Source: Octopus sinensis (taxonomy: Eukaryota). Taken from it: a DNA stretch of 64,000 bases. Positions within the stretch are counted from its first letter, which is position 1. Each line of letters starts with the position of its first letter. Both the position numbers and the translations under genes were made by a program. Where the stretch lies: contig NC_042998.1 in NCBI RefSeq assembly GCF_006345805.1, positions 145,142,001 to 145,206,000 of the forward strand, read 5' to 3'. Shown one piece after another: positions 1 through 12,689 of this stretch. The notes under the pieces are model-generated. The model was not told the DNA's origin and made no database searches. It saw only the letters and a program-made list of their open reading frames with translations.

Positions 1-20
1 TTACATGTGAACTTGTGGCA

Positions 21-85
21 CTCCCGCTGAAGGGAACTTCAGTTGTTTTATTTGTTAACTAAAGTTCAAAACCTAGGTACGGGAG
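21..85 (+). ncRNA. Decayed type I hammerhead ribozyme motif
   Basis: Helix I CTCCCG(21-26)/CGGGAG(80-85); core CTGAAGG (A9 to G); helix II GAACTT/AAGTTC extended by AGTT/AACT; AAAA in place of GAAA; palindromic helix III CCTAGG; GTA cleavage triplet. Folded by eye. Confidence 0.75.
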
Positions 86-934
86 GTAAATATTGTAAAT
101 GTTTTTATTTTTCATTCCCTTCGAAATTGCTCTTAACCGTGGTTTGGACTTTGACTGTTCCTTCTAGCATGTAAGGTGTCTTGTTATGGTCACCACTTTT
201 GTGTTTAAATGTACACCAATTTTATATATATATGTTTGTGTGTGTGTGTTAGTGTGCGAGGGTGTGTTACAGTTCCCTTGCCTTGACATTGTGTGATAGT
301 TGTAAATGAGTATCACTGTCATGCATGCAGTGTCTTTCACTTCCAATCTTTTGTGAAGACATGTGTAGACATGGAACCAAATTACCTCCCTTGGAGAAAT
401 ACGAAGGTTGGCAACAGGAAGGACATCCTGCTGTAGAGAAGCTGTGTAAAAGAATTCCATATGACCCATGCAAGCTTGGGAAAGTGGATGTTAAACCATT
501 ATGCTGCTGTTGATATATGATAAAATACAATAGTTCAGTTATAAAATGTTTGTGACTGTTTTATGTGTTTCTGAGAACAAAAGTATGTTTCTTATTACCA
601 TGCAGCATTGCACTTTATACCTATAGGTTGAACTGGTAAGAGAGACAAAAAGCTCAATGGCTCACAAAAACATTTGAAAATGATTTAGCAATGTTTTGAG
701 GTTCACAAAGAAGACCATAGCAGCCTAGTAAGTTGTTGACTCTTGCTGTCTTAGAAGACAGTTGTCTAAAGTGGTGTGGAGTGGGATTGAACCTGAAACT
801 GTGTGGCTGTGAAGTGAAACATCTTAACTACACAGCCATGCCTGTGCCTATATGCATGTATGCCTATATGTGTCTGTGTTTGTATATGCATGTATGTTTG
901 TCTCTCTCTCTCTCTCTCTTTCTCTCTATACTAT

Positions 935-999
<65 letters not shown>

Positions 1000-2145
1000 G
1001 ATAAACTAGATGTGTACATGCTTGTATGTGTATATGTTTGTGCATGCATGTGTATATATATAGAGGTGTACATATTTGAGTGTGTATGTGTATGCATACA
1101 TGAATATTAATGCGTTGTGTGTGTTTGTATGTAAGTGTGTGTGTATAATATCTAAAAGGAGCTCTCTAGAAAGACATTAGGTGTAACTTAATCATGCAAT
1201 TCAATTCACTCTGTAACTTTTTATCGTTTCTCCCCTCCCTTTTCCTCCACCTCCTCTGCCGTATCTTCACATCAACATAAGGTTTATTTTGAAAGATGAT
1301 CTTGCGAAATCCTGTAAAAGTGTTAAGTGCCAATTTCAAAAATTGTTTCTTCATCTTGGCGCAATTCCCTGTCATTTTTGTCAGTTTTCATATTTTTTCA
1401 CTTCCATTATGCTTGTTTAACCATGCGAAAAATTCTAATATAGCATCTGTTTTGTTTTTTTTTTTGAGAAATTTTTTTAGTCTATATACATTTTTCATTA
1501 TATTATTTTTGTATTTTCTTCATTGTTTTATTATATTTTGTTCATTTTACCTTTTCTGTTCTTGTCATCATATGTTCGTTTTCCATGATTGCATGGGTTG
1601 TATGAAGTTTGTTGAGGTAGATATTTTTATGGTTGGATGCCCTTTCTATCACCAACCCTCACCTGTTTCCAAGTTAGCCATATTTTCCCATGACCAGACA
1701 TGCTTTTGCAGAATATTGGAAATGAATGACACTGCTTGTATGACAGTGACACTCAATTACAACTATCAAACAATATTATGACAAGGTGACACACACACAT
1801 TCATACAATGGGTTTCTTTTAGTTTCTATCTATCAAATTCACTCACAAGGCTTTGGTTGGTCTAGGGCCTTAGTAGAAGACACTTGCCTAAGGTGCCATC
1901 TAGTGGGATTGAACCTAAAACCATGTGTTAGTTGAATGTATATTACTGAACCATTTTTTTTACAACCAGATGCCCTTCATGATGCCATATTATGAATATG
2001 ATGCCATATTCATGATATAGTATTTCACACACGTTTCTAAATGGTTAAAGTAATTTTATCTCCATATCTTGTCTGTGACATTGTCTTATTACCATATTAT
2101 TTCGCTCCAGAATCAGTTACCATTTTTGGCACTTCAGTACTTTAA

Positions 2146-2356
2146 CCCATTAGCACTTAAACCAGCAATATCCTGCCCTAATATTCTACTTGTTTTATGT
2201 TCAAATTGGATATATCTGGCTTCTCACACCTACCCTACAGTGTTATTCTGAAAGTGAGCAATCACATCTGAAAGCCATGAAATAATACAGGATTAATTTG
2301 AAACAATATGAATAAATAAGCATTACATTTGACAGAATAATCTGAATGCCAAGGGG
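2146..2356. mobile_element. TTAA-flanked piggyBac-like MITE
   Basis: TTAA at 2142-2145 and 2357-2360; short imperfect TIRs (CCCATTAGCA / TGCCAAGGGG); related copy at 10805-11004. Confidence 0.6.
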
Positions 2357-3257
2357 TTAATTATTTAGCTCCCACTGTAGCTCTCTCTCTACTATCTCTG
2401 TCTTCTCTCTCTCTTTCACTCTGTCATCTCTTTCACCACTGACATGTTGTTGCTGCCTTTTCTTCTTTACTGCTCTCCCTCTCTCTCTTTTTTCTGTTTC
2501 CATTTGTTCCCTTACTGCTAGCTTTCTCACTATTTTTCTTTTTCTTACCATCTCTCTATGTTCTGTATACCTCTCTTTTTAGTGCCTCTTTCTAGCATCT
2601 CTGTATCTTACCATTGTCTCATTCACCCCTTACCATCTCTCCACCTCTTACTCTCTCTCAACACCTATCCTTACCATCATGCTCTTCCTTTCTCATTTCA
2701 TGCTCTCCCCTCCTTCCTTTTATTTTTCTTTCTTCCTTTCATGGCTCCACTTCTCTCATCTCACATCCACTTTACCACCTTCCCACTCCTATTCACACCT
2801 ATGCTTAACCTGTTCTTTTCTCAGTTTCCTCCTCCCTTCTTTCCCCTGACCTCATCTCATGCCACTGACCCCCAAATTTCTTGCACTATCTTGTCCCTCT
2901 CCTTCTCTCTTTGTACCTTTCTCTCCACTTTTCTTTCTCTGTTTTCCTACCCCTCTCCCTCTACCACTATTTCCATTGGTTCTGTGTTTTACATTCATTC
3001 TCACACATTATACACTCTTCCCTTCTCTCTTTCTCTTATATATATAAACATCCTCATCATTTGCCATGCTTGATTGAGTCAGATAAAATTCATTGAGGCA
3101 GATTTTCTCTGGCTGGATGTTATTCCTGTTACCAGTTTAGGCAATATTTCCTTTAGACCTTTGAGCATGCATGAGCAGCTCCGTGGCCAAGCATGTTTCC
3201 ATGGAATACTGCAAAATGAATGAGACTTCCTTTACAATCAGCACAAATGTCAAAAGG

Positions 3258-3292
<35 letters not shown>

Positions 3293-3699
3293 TACACATT
3301 ATCATCATTCTTTTAATGTTTACTTCTCCATACTTGCATGGGTGAGATGGAATTCATTCAGGTAAATTTTCTGTGATTGGATGCCCTTCTTGTCACCAAC
3401 CCCCACCAATTTCCTAGCAATAAAATATTTCCCCTTGGCAGCACATGTTTCCACAGAATATTGAAATGAACAATAAAGCAGTAATAAAGCCATGCATCAA
3501 GGCCAAAAGTGAATAGCAAGACAGCTTCCACAACAAAAGCAGACATGCTTCTGCCTGGGAAGTTCTGAGGGATTTTGCCAACAAGAAAAATTCACTAGTG
3601 ATCCACATTTGGATGAAATCTGACCAGCATATTGATGCCTGGTGTTTTAGCACTTACAAATTGCTTCTTGGTAAAACAGAAATCTGCAATGCTAAATGT

Positions 3700-4990
3700 T
3701 GACAATTCTTTCATCACAGTGTAACAGTCTGTTGATTCAGACTGGCCCATTTACCGTAGAAGTTTAGAAATGCTTAAGAAGGTTGAGAAACATCAAGATA
3801 CCAGGTCCAGATATCATCCCATCAACCTTCTTGAAGTCTTCAGCTATTCAACTTAGAATAAATGATCTTCACATACCTCAGAACTACAGAAGAATCACTC
3901 TCTTACCTCTAGCCTAAAAAAATCTACAACTTAATAGAATTTCTCCCACACATTAATTTCATCCTAAGATAGCCAAAATGGCTTCTGCAAAGGCAGATCA
4001 AGACTACCACTGATCCTTGCCTTTAAAATAAACACAGAAAAGCTCAGGCTCTCCAAGCAAGAAACATCCATTGCATTTGGAGATTTTTTCCAATGCTTTT
4101 GATAGTGTCCAGAGGAAGGCTATGTTCAGAGAAAGTCTATCCTGTTGAATTATGGTATCCCAAATGAAATTGTCAGAGCTATCATTTTCATGAATGAAAA
4201 CCCATCAAGTTTCAGAAGCCCTTAGTGATTGTGGTGGGCTACATTCTTCGGCAAAGTGTTGACCCCATCCGAAACAGAGGCCCCCACTATCAGACAAAAG
4301 GGACAAAGATGTCAGCAGAGCCTGAATCTTTCTAACTGTGACTATGTTGATGAATTTTCCCTAACAGCTAATCAACTGTTTGTTGTACAAGACTTGTTCA
4401 CATCTCTTGAAAATGCTTTAGGCAAAGTTGATCTGTTTTCCAATGTGAAGAAGACTGGATATATGACCATCAATGCTGATGAAAAACATTTAACAATAGA
4501 AACACAATTCAAGGAGGTCAGTGACAAAGCACCTTGAGTCCTATGTTACTAAGAAAGATTTGACTTGCTGGGGTACTTGTAACAAGCTTCCAAATATCTG
4601 GCATCAAGTATTTCGGAAGTCATGAAGGCTAGCTTTCTTCAAGGTATAGGTACGGAATTTTCTTTGTACTACAGAAACTTGGAAAATGAAGGAGTTTCAA
4701 GATTGCTTTGATACTACAAACATCAGATTTCTTATAAAGGCTCAAAACCTCTCATTGCATGAGCACAAAACCAATGAGATTTATGAACACATTTCTCACG
4801 TCTCTACTATTGCTGCTCAATGAAGGGTAGGCTTTGCTGGACACTGCTATCATGGTGAACAACAGGCTATATTTTGGGGACTTCCATAACTTCAACATTC
4901 TGATAAAGGACCAAGACCACTCAACTACATTTAAAAAACTGACATTCTGTTGGTTACGATGACAAGGGTTCCAGTTGATCTGATCAGTGG
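3700..4990 (+). mobile_element. Degenerate RTE-like LINE reverse transcriptase fragment
   Basis: Broken RT motifs: GPDIIP, NYRRITLLP, DFSNAFDSV (about 4080-4115), DYVDEF...NVKKTGYM (ORF 4229-4537); many stops and frameshifts; boundaries approximate. Confidence 0.75.
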
Positions 4991-5798
4991 AACGTCCTGC
5001 TTGTGACTTCATGTGACTGAGCACTCCATGGACATGCATACCCTTAACGTAGTTCTCAGGGTCATTTAGAGTGACACAGAATGTGACTAGGCCAGTCCTT
5101 TGAATTAAAGGTACTACTCAATTTTGCCAGCTGAGTGGATTGGAGCAAAGTAAAGTATTGAGTCTTGCTTAAGGGCAACACGCTGCCAGGAATTGAGCTC
5201 ATGACCTTACGTGCACCTTCATACCACATTAATGTTATTTGTAGAAATATAAAATAAGCCCTTTTGTTATATTTCTGTTGAAATACTCATCCTGCTTTTC
5301 AATTAATTTTGAAAGTAATGAAGAATTTAGTAAAATAACTTTGTCATTATTAAGCTGATGTTTGGAATGAAACTATCCCTTTCAAAGTGGAAATTTGTGT
5401 CACAGAGCCAGGGGTGGTCCCAGGCTGGTTGGTAACAAAAGGAAGTAACAGATTCTTGGCATGGTGAAAGACATCTTGTTGTGACTATGTAAAGCAGAGG
5501 TTGCAACAGTCTGAGGTTCAAAGGGAGTTCATGTCTTCGCTGATTCCCTAAAAATAAGGGATATATGCAAAGTTGGATGTCAATGTTTTCAAAAAGGATT
5601 TAGAGGCTATTCATAATCCCTGCTGAACTTCCTGTGGCAAGATGCGGGCCACATTGTCAAACGGCCTCATTCATCAAATATTGAGGGCAAGGTTGAAAAG
5701 TCAAGGAATGACCACAGCTGGCTGGTTGAAATTAATAAAAGATACATGAATGCATTATCTGCCTGTCTGTTTCTCTACACATATACCCACATTATATG

Positions 5799-6091
5799 TA
5801 AAGGGTAAAGACCCCCTTCGGTCATGAGTGACCATGGGTTTGCACCTAGAGAGTTACCCTCTGAGGCACAAGTCTGGGCAAGGTTGTTTTTATGGAAGAC
5901 CAGTAGTCGCCCATGCATACCGGCCTCCCCTCTCCACGCCACCAGTGTTATCCAAGGGAAAGACAAAGGTCGATACAGCTTGGCACCAGTGATGTCGCAA
6001 CTCATTTCTACAGCTGAGTGAACTGGAGCAACGTGAAATAAAGTGCTTTGCTCAAGAACACAACGCACAGCCCGGTCCGGGATTCGAACTC
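5799..6091 (-). mobile_element. tRNA-derived SINE
   Basis: B-box-like GAGTTCGAATCCC on the minus strand at 6079-6091, followed by a body shared with other copies in the window. Confidence 0.65.
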
Positions 6092-7278
6092 AGTTATATA
6101 CAGGCATATGCATATGCACACATAATGTATGTATACATACATGCATCTCAACATATACAGGCACATATTACATATGCATTACAAACACACACACACACAC
6201 ACACAGTGGAAATAAGTTATTTTGGTCTTTTGTGGCCAAATGTTCTATTGACTGGCTTTTTTTAAACACTCATTGTTTTCTCAGGATGGTCAATGGCATG
6301 TATGTGTATGTGTGTGTGTCTGTTGTCAATGACCCATGAATGTATATGTCTGTGGTCAATGAGCCATGTATATATGTGTGGTGTGTGGGATTGTTTCGAA
6401 TTATCATTATCAGTGCCATCATAGGCATCAGGTTTATCGTCATTATTGTCTGTGTTGGCATCACTGTCTATTATTTCATTAATAATGATAATAACAATAA
6501 ATCTTTTGTCTGCATCAGTGATGATAATCATCCCTCATTCCCCACTTCAGTTTTATCATCACCATCATCATCATCACCATCATAACCATCACTATCATAA
6601 TCCTCTGCTTCTTCCTCCTTTTTTATTTTTCTCCATATCACTGTCAGTGTCACTGTTCATACCCTCGCAAATGTGCTGTCACCATCATTATCACCATCAC
6701 TATTGCTGTAATTTTCTTTCTTGGCTTCAGTGTCATCATTGTTGTGTGTCATTAACATCACCTCCCACCCCACACTCCTGCCACTGCTCCTCCCCACTCC
6801 CCGCTTTCCATCATCATTTGTTGTGATTACAACTGTTTTGGGTGGGTAGGAAGAGCTGTATCAGTGTAATAACCATTCCATTCACATTAATGTCAGGGTC
6901 CCCCACCTCCTCATCTTCCCCCTTCCTTGTGGTCATCATCCTCACCACTACTACCACCATCATCATCATTGCTCTTCCTTTCTCTCTTTGTCACTGTATC
7001 AAAACTTACTGCCAACAAAGTGTATATATGTGTGTTTGATGTGTATAAGTGTGTGTGAGATGATGGCCAGGACTGGATACAGAATAAATGTCTTTTGTGA
7101 TTTATTAGATAGGAAATGGTCAGTTTTGCTATCAATTAAGGGTGGAAGGTAGGAGAATGTGATTATTAAGAAGGCAGTGTAGGGTCATTCACTCTTACCC
7201 CACCTGTGACATGGAGGAGAGAGACAAGTGAGTGGGGTGGAAGAAACTTCACCTTTTCACCTCATATCTTTTTAATTT

Positions 7279-7774
7279 GAAAGGTGGGCTGAAAAGTTCA
7301 TAGGCTAGCTATGAAGGAGTGATGCTACTGCTGTGAAATCTTGCATGCATTAATTTCAACTCTTCTTGTTAACAACTGCATTGTTTCTTTCCAAGTAAAC
7401 TGACTGTTCAAAGAAGACTTCAAAAGTAACTGGACAAAATATGGTATCATGGTGTTATGAAGTACCTGCAGAAAAAGGGTTTAACCTTTAAGGACATTCA
7501 TACTGACATGGTTGCTATATTAGACAATGATGGTTCAACTTTATCAACAGTGCAAAAGTAAGCAGCTGAATTTAGGAGGGGAAGGAAGAGTCTTAAAGAT
7601 GACCTAATATCTGGACGTCCTGCAACCACTGATAGAAGAAACTTCACCTTTTCACTGCATCACTGATGGAAGAAGAGTGGACTGCAAGGGGGACTATGTT
7701 GAAAAATAAGCCTCATTTGGTCTCATTCAATGAGCGTATCTTAGTCAGTCTACAAACTTTTCAGCTGACCCTCA
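7279..7774 (+). mobile_element. Internally deleted mariner (Tc1/mariner) element
   Basis: Imperfect TIRs (GGTGGGCTGAAAAGTT / AACTTTTCAGCTGACCCTCA-TA); transposase HTH remnant GVMKYLQKKGLTFKDIH...TVQK*AAEFRRGRKSLKDDLISGRP at about 7443-7625. Confidence 0.8.
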
Positions 7775-7911
7775 TATTTAGGTTACACTCTTTAAAAGTG
7801 GTTGACATTAGGAAGGGTAGCCATCTGTAGAAATGCTGTTAAAGCAGACATTGGAGCACAATGGTAGCAATCCTCTGGCTTGTCGGATTCTGTCAAACTA
7901 TCCAACCCATT

Positions 7912-8235
7912 GTGAAGGTGTGTGGCTTTGTGATCAGGGTATTCAGCTCATAATTGTAAGGTTGTTAGTTCAATTCTTACTGGTATGTTGTGTCCTTGTG
8001 CAAGACACTTTATTATTTCACATTGCTCCAGTCCACTCAGCTGGCAAAAATGAGATGTACATATAATTCAAACGGGCCAGCCTTGTCATTCTGTGCTATG
8101 CTGACTCTCCTCGAGAACTGTGTTAAGGGTGCATGTGTTTGTTGAGTGCTCAGACACTTGCATGTTAATTTCATGAGCAAGCCGTTCTGTTGATTGGATT
8201 AACTGGAATCTTCAGCATTGAAACTGATGGAGTGC
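7912..8235 (+). mobile_element. tRNA-derived SINE (diverged)
   Basis: Head GTGGCTTTGTGATCAGG...GTTAGTTCAATTC; body is the reverse complement of the SINE-type sequence at about 4990-5210; boundaries approximate. Confidence 0.55.
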
Positions 8236-8729
8236 CAGTTATCCAGTCCGTGCCAGCATGGAACACAGATGTTAAATGATGTTGAAGATATTAAAAAGAC
8301 AAAAATTCTTATGTAGAAGTATACATTTTTTTAAAACAGAAAGGAAGGCTGCAGTCGTGACCCTTTACAGGGCCTCTGAAACTGGTAAGAAGTAACAAGG
8401 GGTTGAAGTGAGGGTCCATCCTGAAATTGAAGATCTGGCATGGATGCTTACAATAGAGTGGGTTCCTTTAAAAACCTTCAAGATAAAAGGTGATGGTGTC
8501 AAACTGGGCAACAGATAAATGTGATTTGAACAGGAATAGATATTGCAAAGCATCTGGTCTAATGTCCATATTCTGTTAGTCTGCTATGACTCTGGATTGG
8601 TTCTTTATTTCAACCCTGCAAAAATGGAAGGCTAAGTTGAATGTAGCCCTAGACTGGCTGATGGCTTCTGAGTGAATTTGGTAGATGGAAACTGTGTAGA
8701 GCCTGTCGTGTGTGTGTTTGTGTAATGTA

Positions 8730-9557
8730 CAAGGTCTGATCAATAAGTATCTGAACTTTTGCCATAGTAATGAAGCTGAAGCATGCAGAGTGAAGTTGCT
8801 TGGCAAAGATTGACCTTGAACTCTGCTGTGCATGTGTACTAAGTTATTATGTTCTTGCTCACTTCTGCTGTTTACAGCAGTGCTTGGAAAGAAGGTGTGT
8901 AGCATGTGATTGTTGCATTGACCATGATAGAGAAAGTTGTCATGCAATACCTGTTCAGAGGCCTATGAAAAGTTGCAAAAAGTGTATGGAGAGGAGTGTA
9001 TGAGTGGTTCAGATGTTTTCAAGATAGCAGAATAAATGTTGATATTGACAAACATTCCTGCAACCAGCAGAATTGAGAAAAACCTTGCAGATGCACATGC
9101 AACTGTGAGGGGAAATCATATCACCATCCGTGAGTTATCAGAGGAAATGCAGATTAATTATGGTTCAGTTCAGACCATTATTACTGAAAATTTGGGTATG
9201 AGATGTGTGTCAGCCAAGTTTGTGCCAAAACTGCTTTCAGCTGACCAAAATGACATTTGGCTTTCACTTGCACAAGATCTTGATTGTGTCAAGAACGATG
9301 AAAACTTTTTGAAAACTTTGCATAGTCCTCTGAGCAGATTCTCTGCTCAACTTCCTCTGTCATGGTTAATGGGATGATCACACACTACACACCTTCCTTC
9401 CAAGCACTGCTGTAAACAGCGGAAGTGAACTAGAATGTTAAAACTTAGTGGACATGCACAGCGAAGTTCAAGGTCTATCTGTGCCAAGTGGCTTCACTCT
9501 GTGTGCTTTAGCTTCATTACTATGGCAACAGTCTGGATACTTATTGATCAGACCATG
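8730..9557 (+). mobile_element. Internally deleted mariner element with long (about 180 bp) terminal inverted repeats
   Basis: TA at 8728-8729 and 9558-9559; TIR CAAGGTCTGATCAATAAGTATC / GATACTTATTGATCAGACCATG; arms about 8730-8910 and 9376-9557; ORF 9036-9377 with mariner motifs ITIRELSEE and VSAKFVPKLL. Confidence 0.9.
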
Positions 9558-9803
9558 TAGGTATATGTGTGCATGTGACTGTTAGAAAGTTTTACATCCT
9601 GCAAGAAATAACTGCAAAATTTCCCTCAAATCACACTATCGTCATAAATAAAGGACATGTTAAAGATGGTAGTATCAGGTATCTCTAAACTCTAAAAGGC
9701 TGGTTATGGTAGGAATTCCTTTGATCATAGTTCTGCTTGTTTAGGGGTTGACTTTCTGCTAACAACAACATCATCAACAATATATTTTTCCTTTTTTTTT
9801 CAG

Positions 9804-9970
9804 GTATTCTTCTTTGTAAAGAGATCTATTCCAAGTCTGGCCCAAGTTTTTCAGAGTTCAAAGCCTTTTTAGAGAAAGATGCTGACATTCAGAAGAAAGT
9901 GGCCAATGTGCGTGAGCAGGTGAAACAATTTGCAGAAAAATTTCCAATGCCTGGTTTGGATGACCTGTAA
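9804..9970 (+). CDS. SHMT: Terminal coding exon of serine hydroxymethyltransferase (phase-1 acceptor)
   Basis: Polypyrimidine tract + CAG acceptor (9801-9803). Translation (G)ILLCKEIYSKSGPSFSEFKAFLEKDADIQKKVANVREQVKQFAEKFPMPGLDDL* matches the recognisable SHMT C-terminus (V..FA..FP(L/M)PG); TAA at 9968-9970. Cytosolic versus mitochondrial type not resolved. Confidence 0.9.
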
Positions 9971-10306
9971 AAAGGTGTACTTGCTTCCTACTTGCCATAA
10001 CATGATGTACAGCAAGTGCTAATGAAGTTTGGCAGATGGTAATGGTGCCTCCATGTAGCTAATGTTTTACCATTTGCTGTCAGTTTTCATTATGGTTTGG
10101 ATTAATATATATACAATGCATTTGCTTCTGAAATGTTTGTTAACCTATAAAATATGGAATTTCTTTATTGCTGTATCCTGTACAAAGTAGTCCCTGATTA
10201 TATATTTTTTAAATATTTTTGTTTTGATTATATTTGAATTATTATAAATTTGATTATCTGGACCTATATTAACTCTACTCTTTCAAAATACTCAAGTGAA
10301 TACAAA

Positions 10307-10312
10307 AATAAA
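10307..10312 (+). promoter_or_regulatory. Candidate polyadenylation signal for SHMT
   Basis: AATAAA 337 nt after the stop codon in an AT-rich putative 3' UTR. Confidence 0.5.
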
Positions 10313-10319
10313 TCTATAA

Positions 10320-10563
10320 GTAAAAAAATCGGAAAAAATAGGGATTTTCATAGAAAAAAAGCACCTTTTTGATGTAAATAATTTTTGGTCTTAACATGGT
10401 CTGATTTGAATTTTTTCTTCTATGGAATAAAGAGCAAGCCTTCTTCTATCATACTCTCAATTTTGGTCAACTTGCGCTGCATGGTCTCGGAGGAGATAGT
10501 GTTAGTTGAAGGCTACCAAACCTGCCACACACACACAGACAACTTCAGCTTTATATATATAGA
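10320..10563 (-). mobile_element. 3'-truncated Helitron-like non-autonomous element
   Basis: Minus-strand 5' end A|TCTATATATATAAAGCTGAAGTTGTCTGTGTG, similar to the other Helitron-like copies; no CTAG 3' end seen; left boundary approximate. Confidence 0.5.
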
Positions 10564-10804
10564 TTTGTCATTAGTAATCTGGTGCTTGGAACATAAATTA
10601 ACGTGAACTTTTGATGGGAAGTTTTAATTTGGATCATATTAAAATATCAATTTTGTACTATAACTAGGGGCAGCCTCAGATTGGATAGTGTCAAAAGGGT
10701 TTACTGTATTTGATGCTATATATGATGCACTTAAAAAAAAAAATTATTGCAATAAGTCACCCTGGGTCCTATATGCGAAGTTGGATCTATGTTTCATGCT
10801 TTAA

Positions 10805-11004
10805 TCCTTTAGCATTTAAACCAGCCATATCTGGCCCAAGTATTCTACCTGTTTTATGTTCAAGTTGGTCAGATCTAGCCTCTCACACCAACCCTACAGT
10901 GTCATTTCAAAACTAGACAATCATGTTGAAATCTCAATGCCAGATTAATTCAAAACAATGTGAAGAAATAAGCATAACATTTGACAGAGTAATTTGCTAA
11001 AGGG
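10805..11004. mobile_element. TTAA-flanked piggyBac-like MITE (second copy)
   Basis: TTAA at 10801-10804 and 11005-11008; TCCTTTAGCA / TGCTAAAGGG termini; internally similar to 2146-2356. Confidence 0.6.
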
Positions 11005-12689
11005 TTAATGCACTTAAAAATTTTTCCTGGAAAGTGCACTGCCGAAATTGAGGTGCATCTGATGTACCTATGTGTCATGCCATCAAATACAATATGTGCA
11101 GTTGATAATGATTAATTACATAACTGCAGTGATTGAAATTCTTATGCAATTAGCTGAATTCTTATTGTGGGTGACAAATTGAGATATCAGTCATGTAATT
11201 GTTGATGTTATGTGATTTTTAGCAGCTGTTGAGTATTGTGAATCTTAAATAAAATAAAAATCTGTCCAACATTTTAATTTGTTTTCTCAGAATCATTCCA
11301 CTGTTACCAGAGCAAGTCTAATATCTGTTTTCAAGGCAGGGTTGTGCCATATCATCTTCATCATTATTTTCATCATTTTCACCATCATCATCTTCATCCT
11401 GAATCATCATTCATGAATGAGGAAACCAGTTCATCCATTTTCATCGTGTAACTCTCTAGATTATCAGCCTGGATCATATTCTTCTGTTATCATGACAAGA
11501 CGGGCCAATACATCTTCTGCTGTAAAACCATTCCTTGTACCAGAAAGAATTGATGATGTTGAGAGTCTGATGACTGTTCTACAATTTAATGTAAACTTTA
11601 TGCTTGTTGAGGGTCTTTTAGTCTTGTTTGAGGGCAAGACACTTCCCTAGTAATGATACAATGATAAAAGCACCCAGTACACTCTGTAAAGTGGTTGGTA
11701 TTAAGAAAGGCATCCAGCCATAGAAATCATATCAGCATTGAAACAAATGAGATGCAGTCTTCTGTCTCATTTAGACGAGCAGTGTCCCTTGAATATGTGT
11801 TGACCCAGTCTGTGGAAATCTATCCAACCCATTCCAGTTTAGAAAGAAACAATGATGAAGACGGCAAGGGTACCATCTGGAAGGGCTCTGTTGTACAGTC
11901 TAGTTTCATATACCTTGTAGTTGTCATTAGAGCTGTTGGTCAGATTTGGAGGATCTCGGGTGTAAACTATCTTTTCTCATATTTTATCTACAATAAAGAT
12001 TGAGAAAATATCTCATGCAAATAAATTTTTGGTTAAATGTATATGTAATTAACCAGTCAATTTAGTATAGATATGAAGCTAAATAGGTGGGTATTTAGGA
12101 AAGTTATACAATTAACTGAATTTTGTAGTTAATCAGAATTGACAACACCACTTACCCAATTTGCAAAATAATTTTTTTTATAGATAAAAGGCCTTAGATT
12201 TTTATGGGGGAGGAGAAATGAGATTCTGTTTGAAGGTCCTCTCTCTCACCTCAACACCACTTCTATCACTCCCCTGCTTCGAAAATGTGGCTAGTCATGT
12301 TGCTCCTCTCAGCAAGAAACCTGTCCTGCACTGGCCCTTTCATATCCCTCTACTTATTCATCATCATCGTTTAGCGTCCACTTTCCATGGGAGCCTGTTG
12401 GGGGTACTGGTATCTATGACTTTCACATGGTGCTTATTATGTACCACCAGCATGGGTGCCAGTCAGGTTGCACTGGCCACGACTACAATTTCGATTTCAC
12501 TTGACTCAACAGGTTTTCTCAAGCACATCATGTCGCCCGGCGATTCAAGGGTACTTTCAAATGGGCTAGCTATACAACACTGGCATCGGCCACGGCTGCG
12601 ATCTCACTTTACTTGCTGGGTCTTCTCAATCACAATATACCTCCAAAAGTCTTGGTCTCTTCACCACCTCATCCCATGTCTTCCTGGGT

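Noticed and set aside
325-513. 62-aa ORF MQCLSLPIF... as a host exon
   Set aside because: Overlaps a common interspersed repeat motif (GGTTGGCAACAGGAAGG) seen elsewhere in the window; no recognisable protein family.
1-9803. Upstream SHMT exons (expected NKNTCPGD and RLGTPALTSRG motifs)
   Set aside because: Not found by manual scan; presumed to lie before the window.
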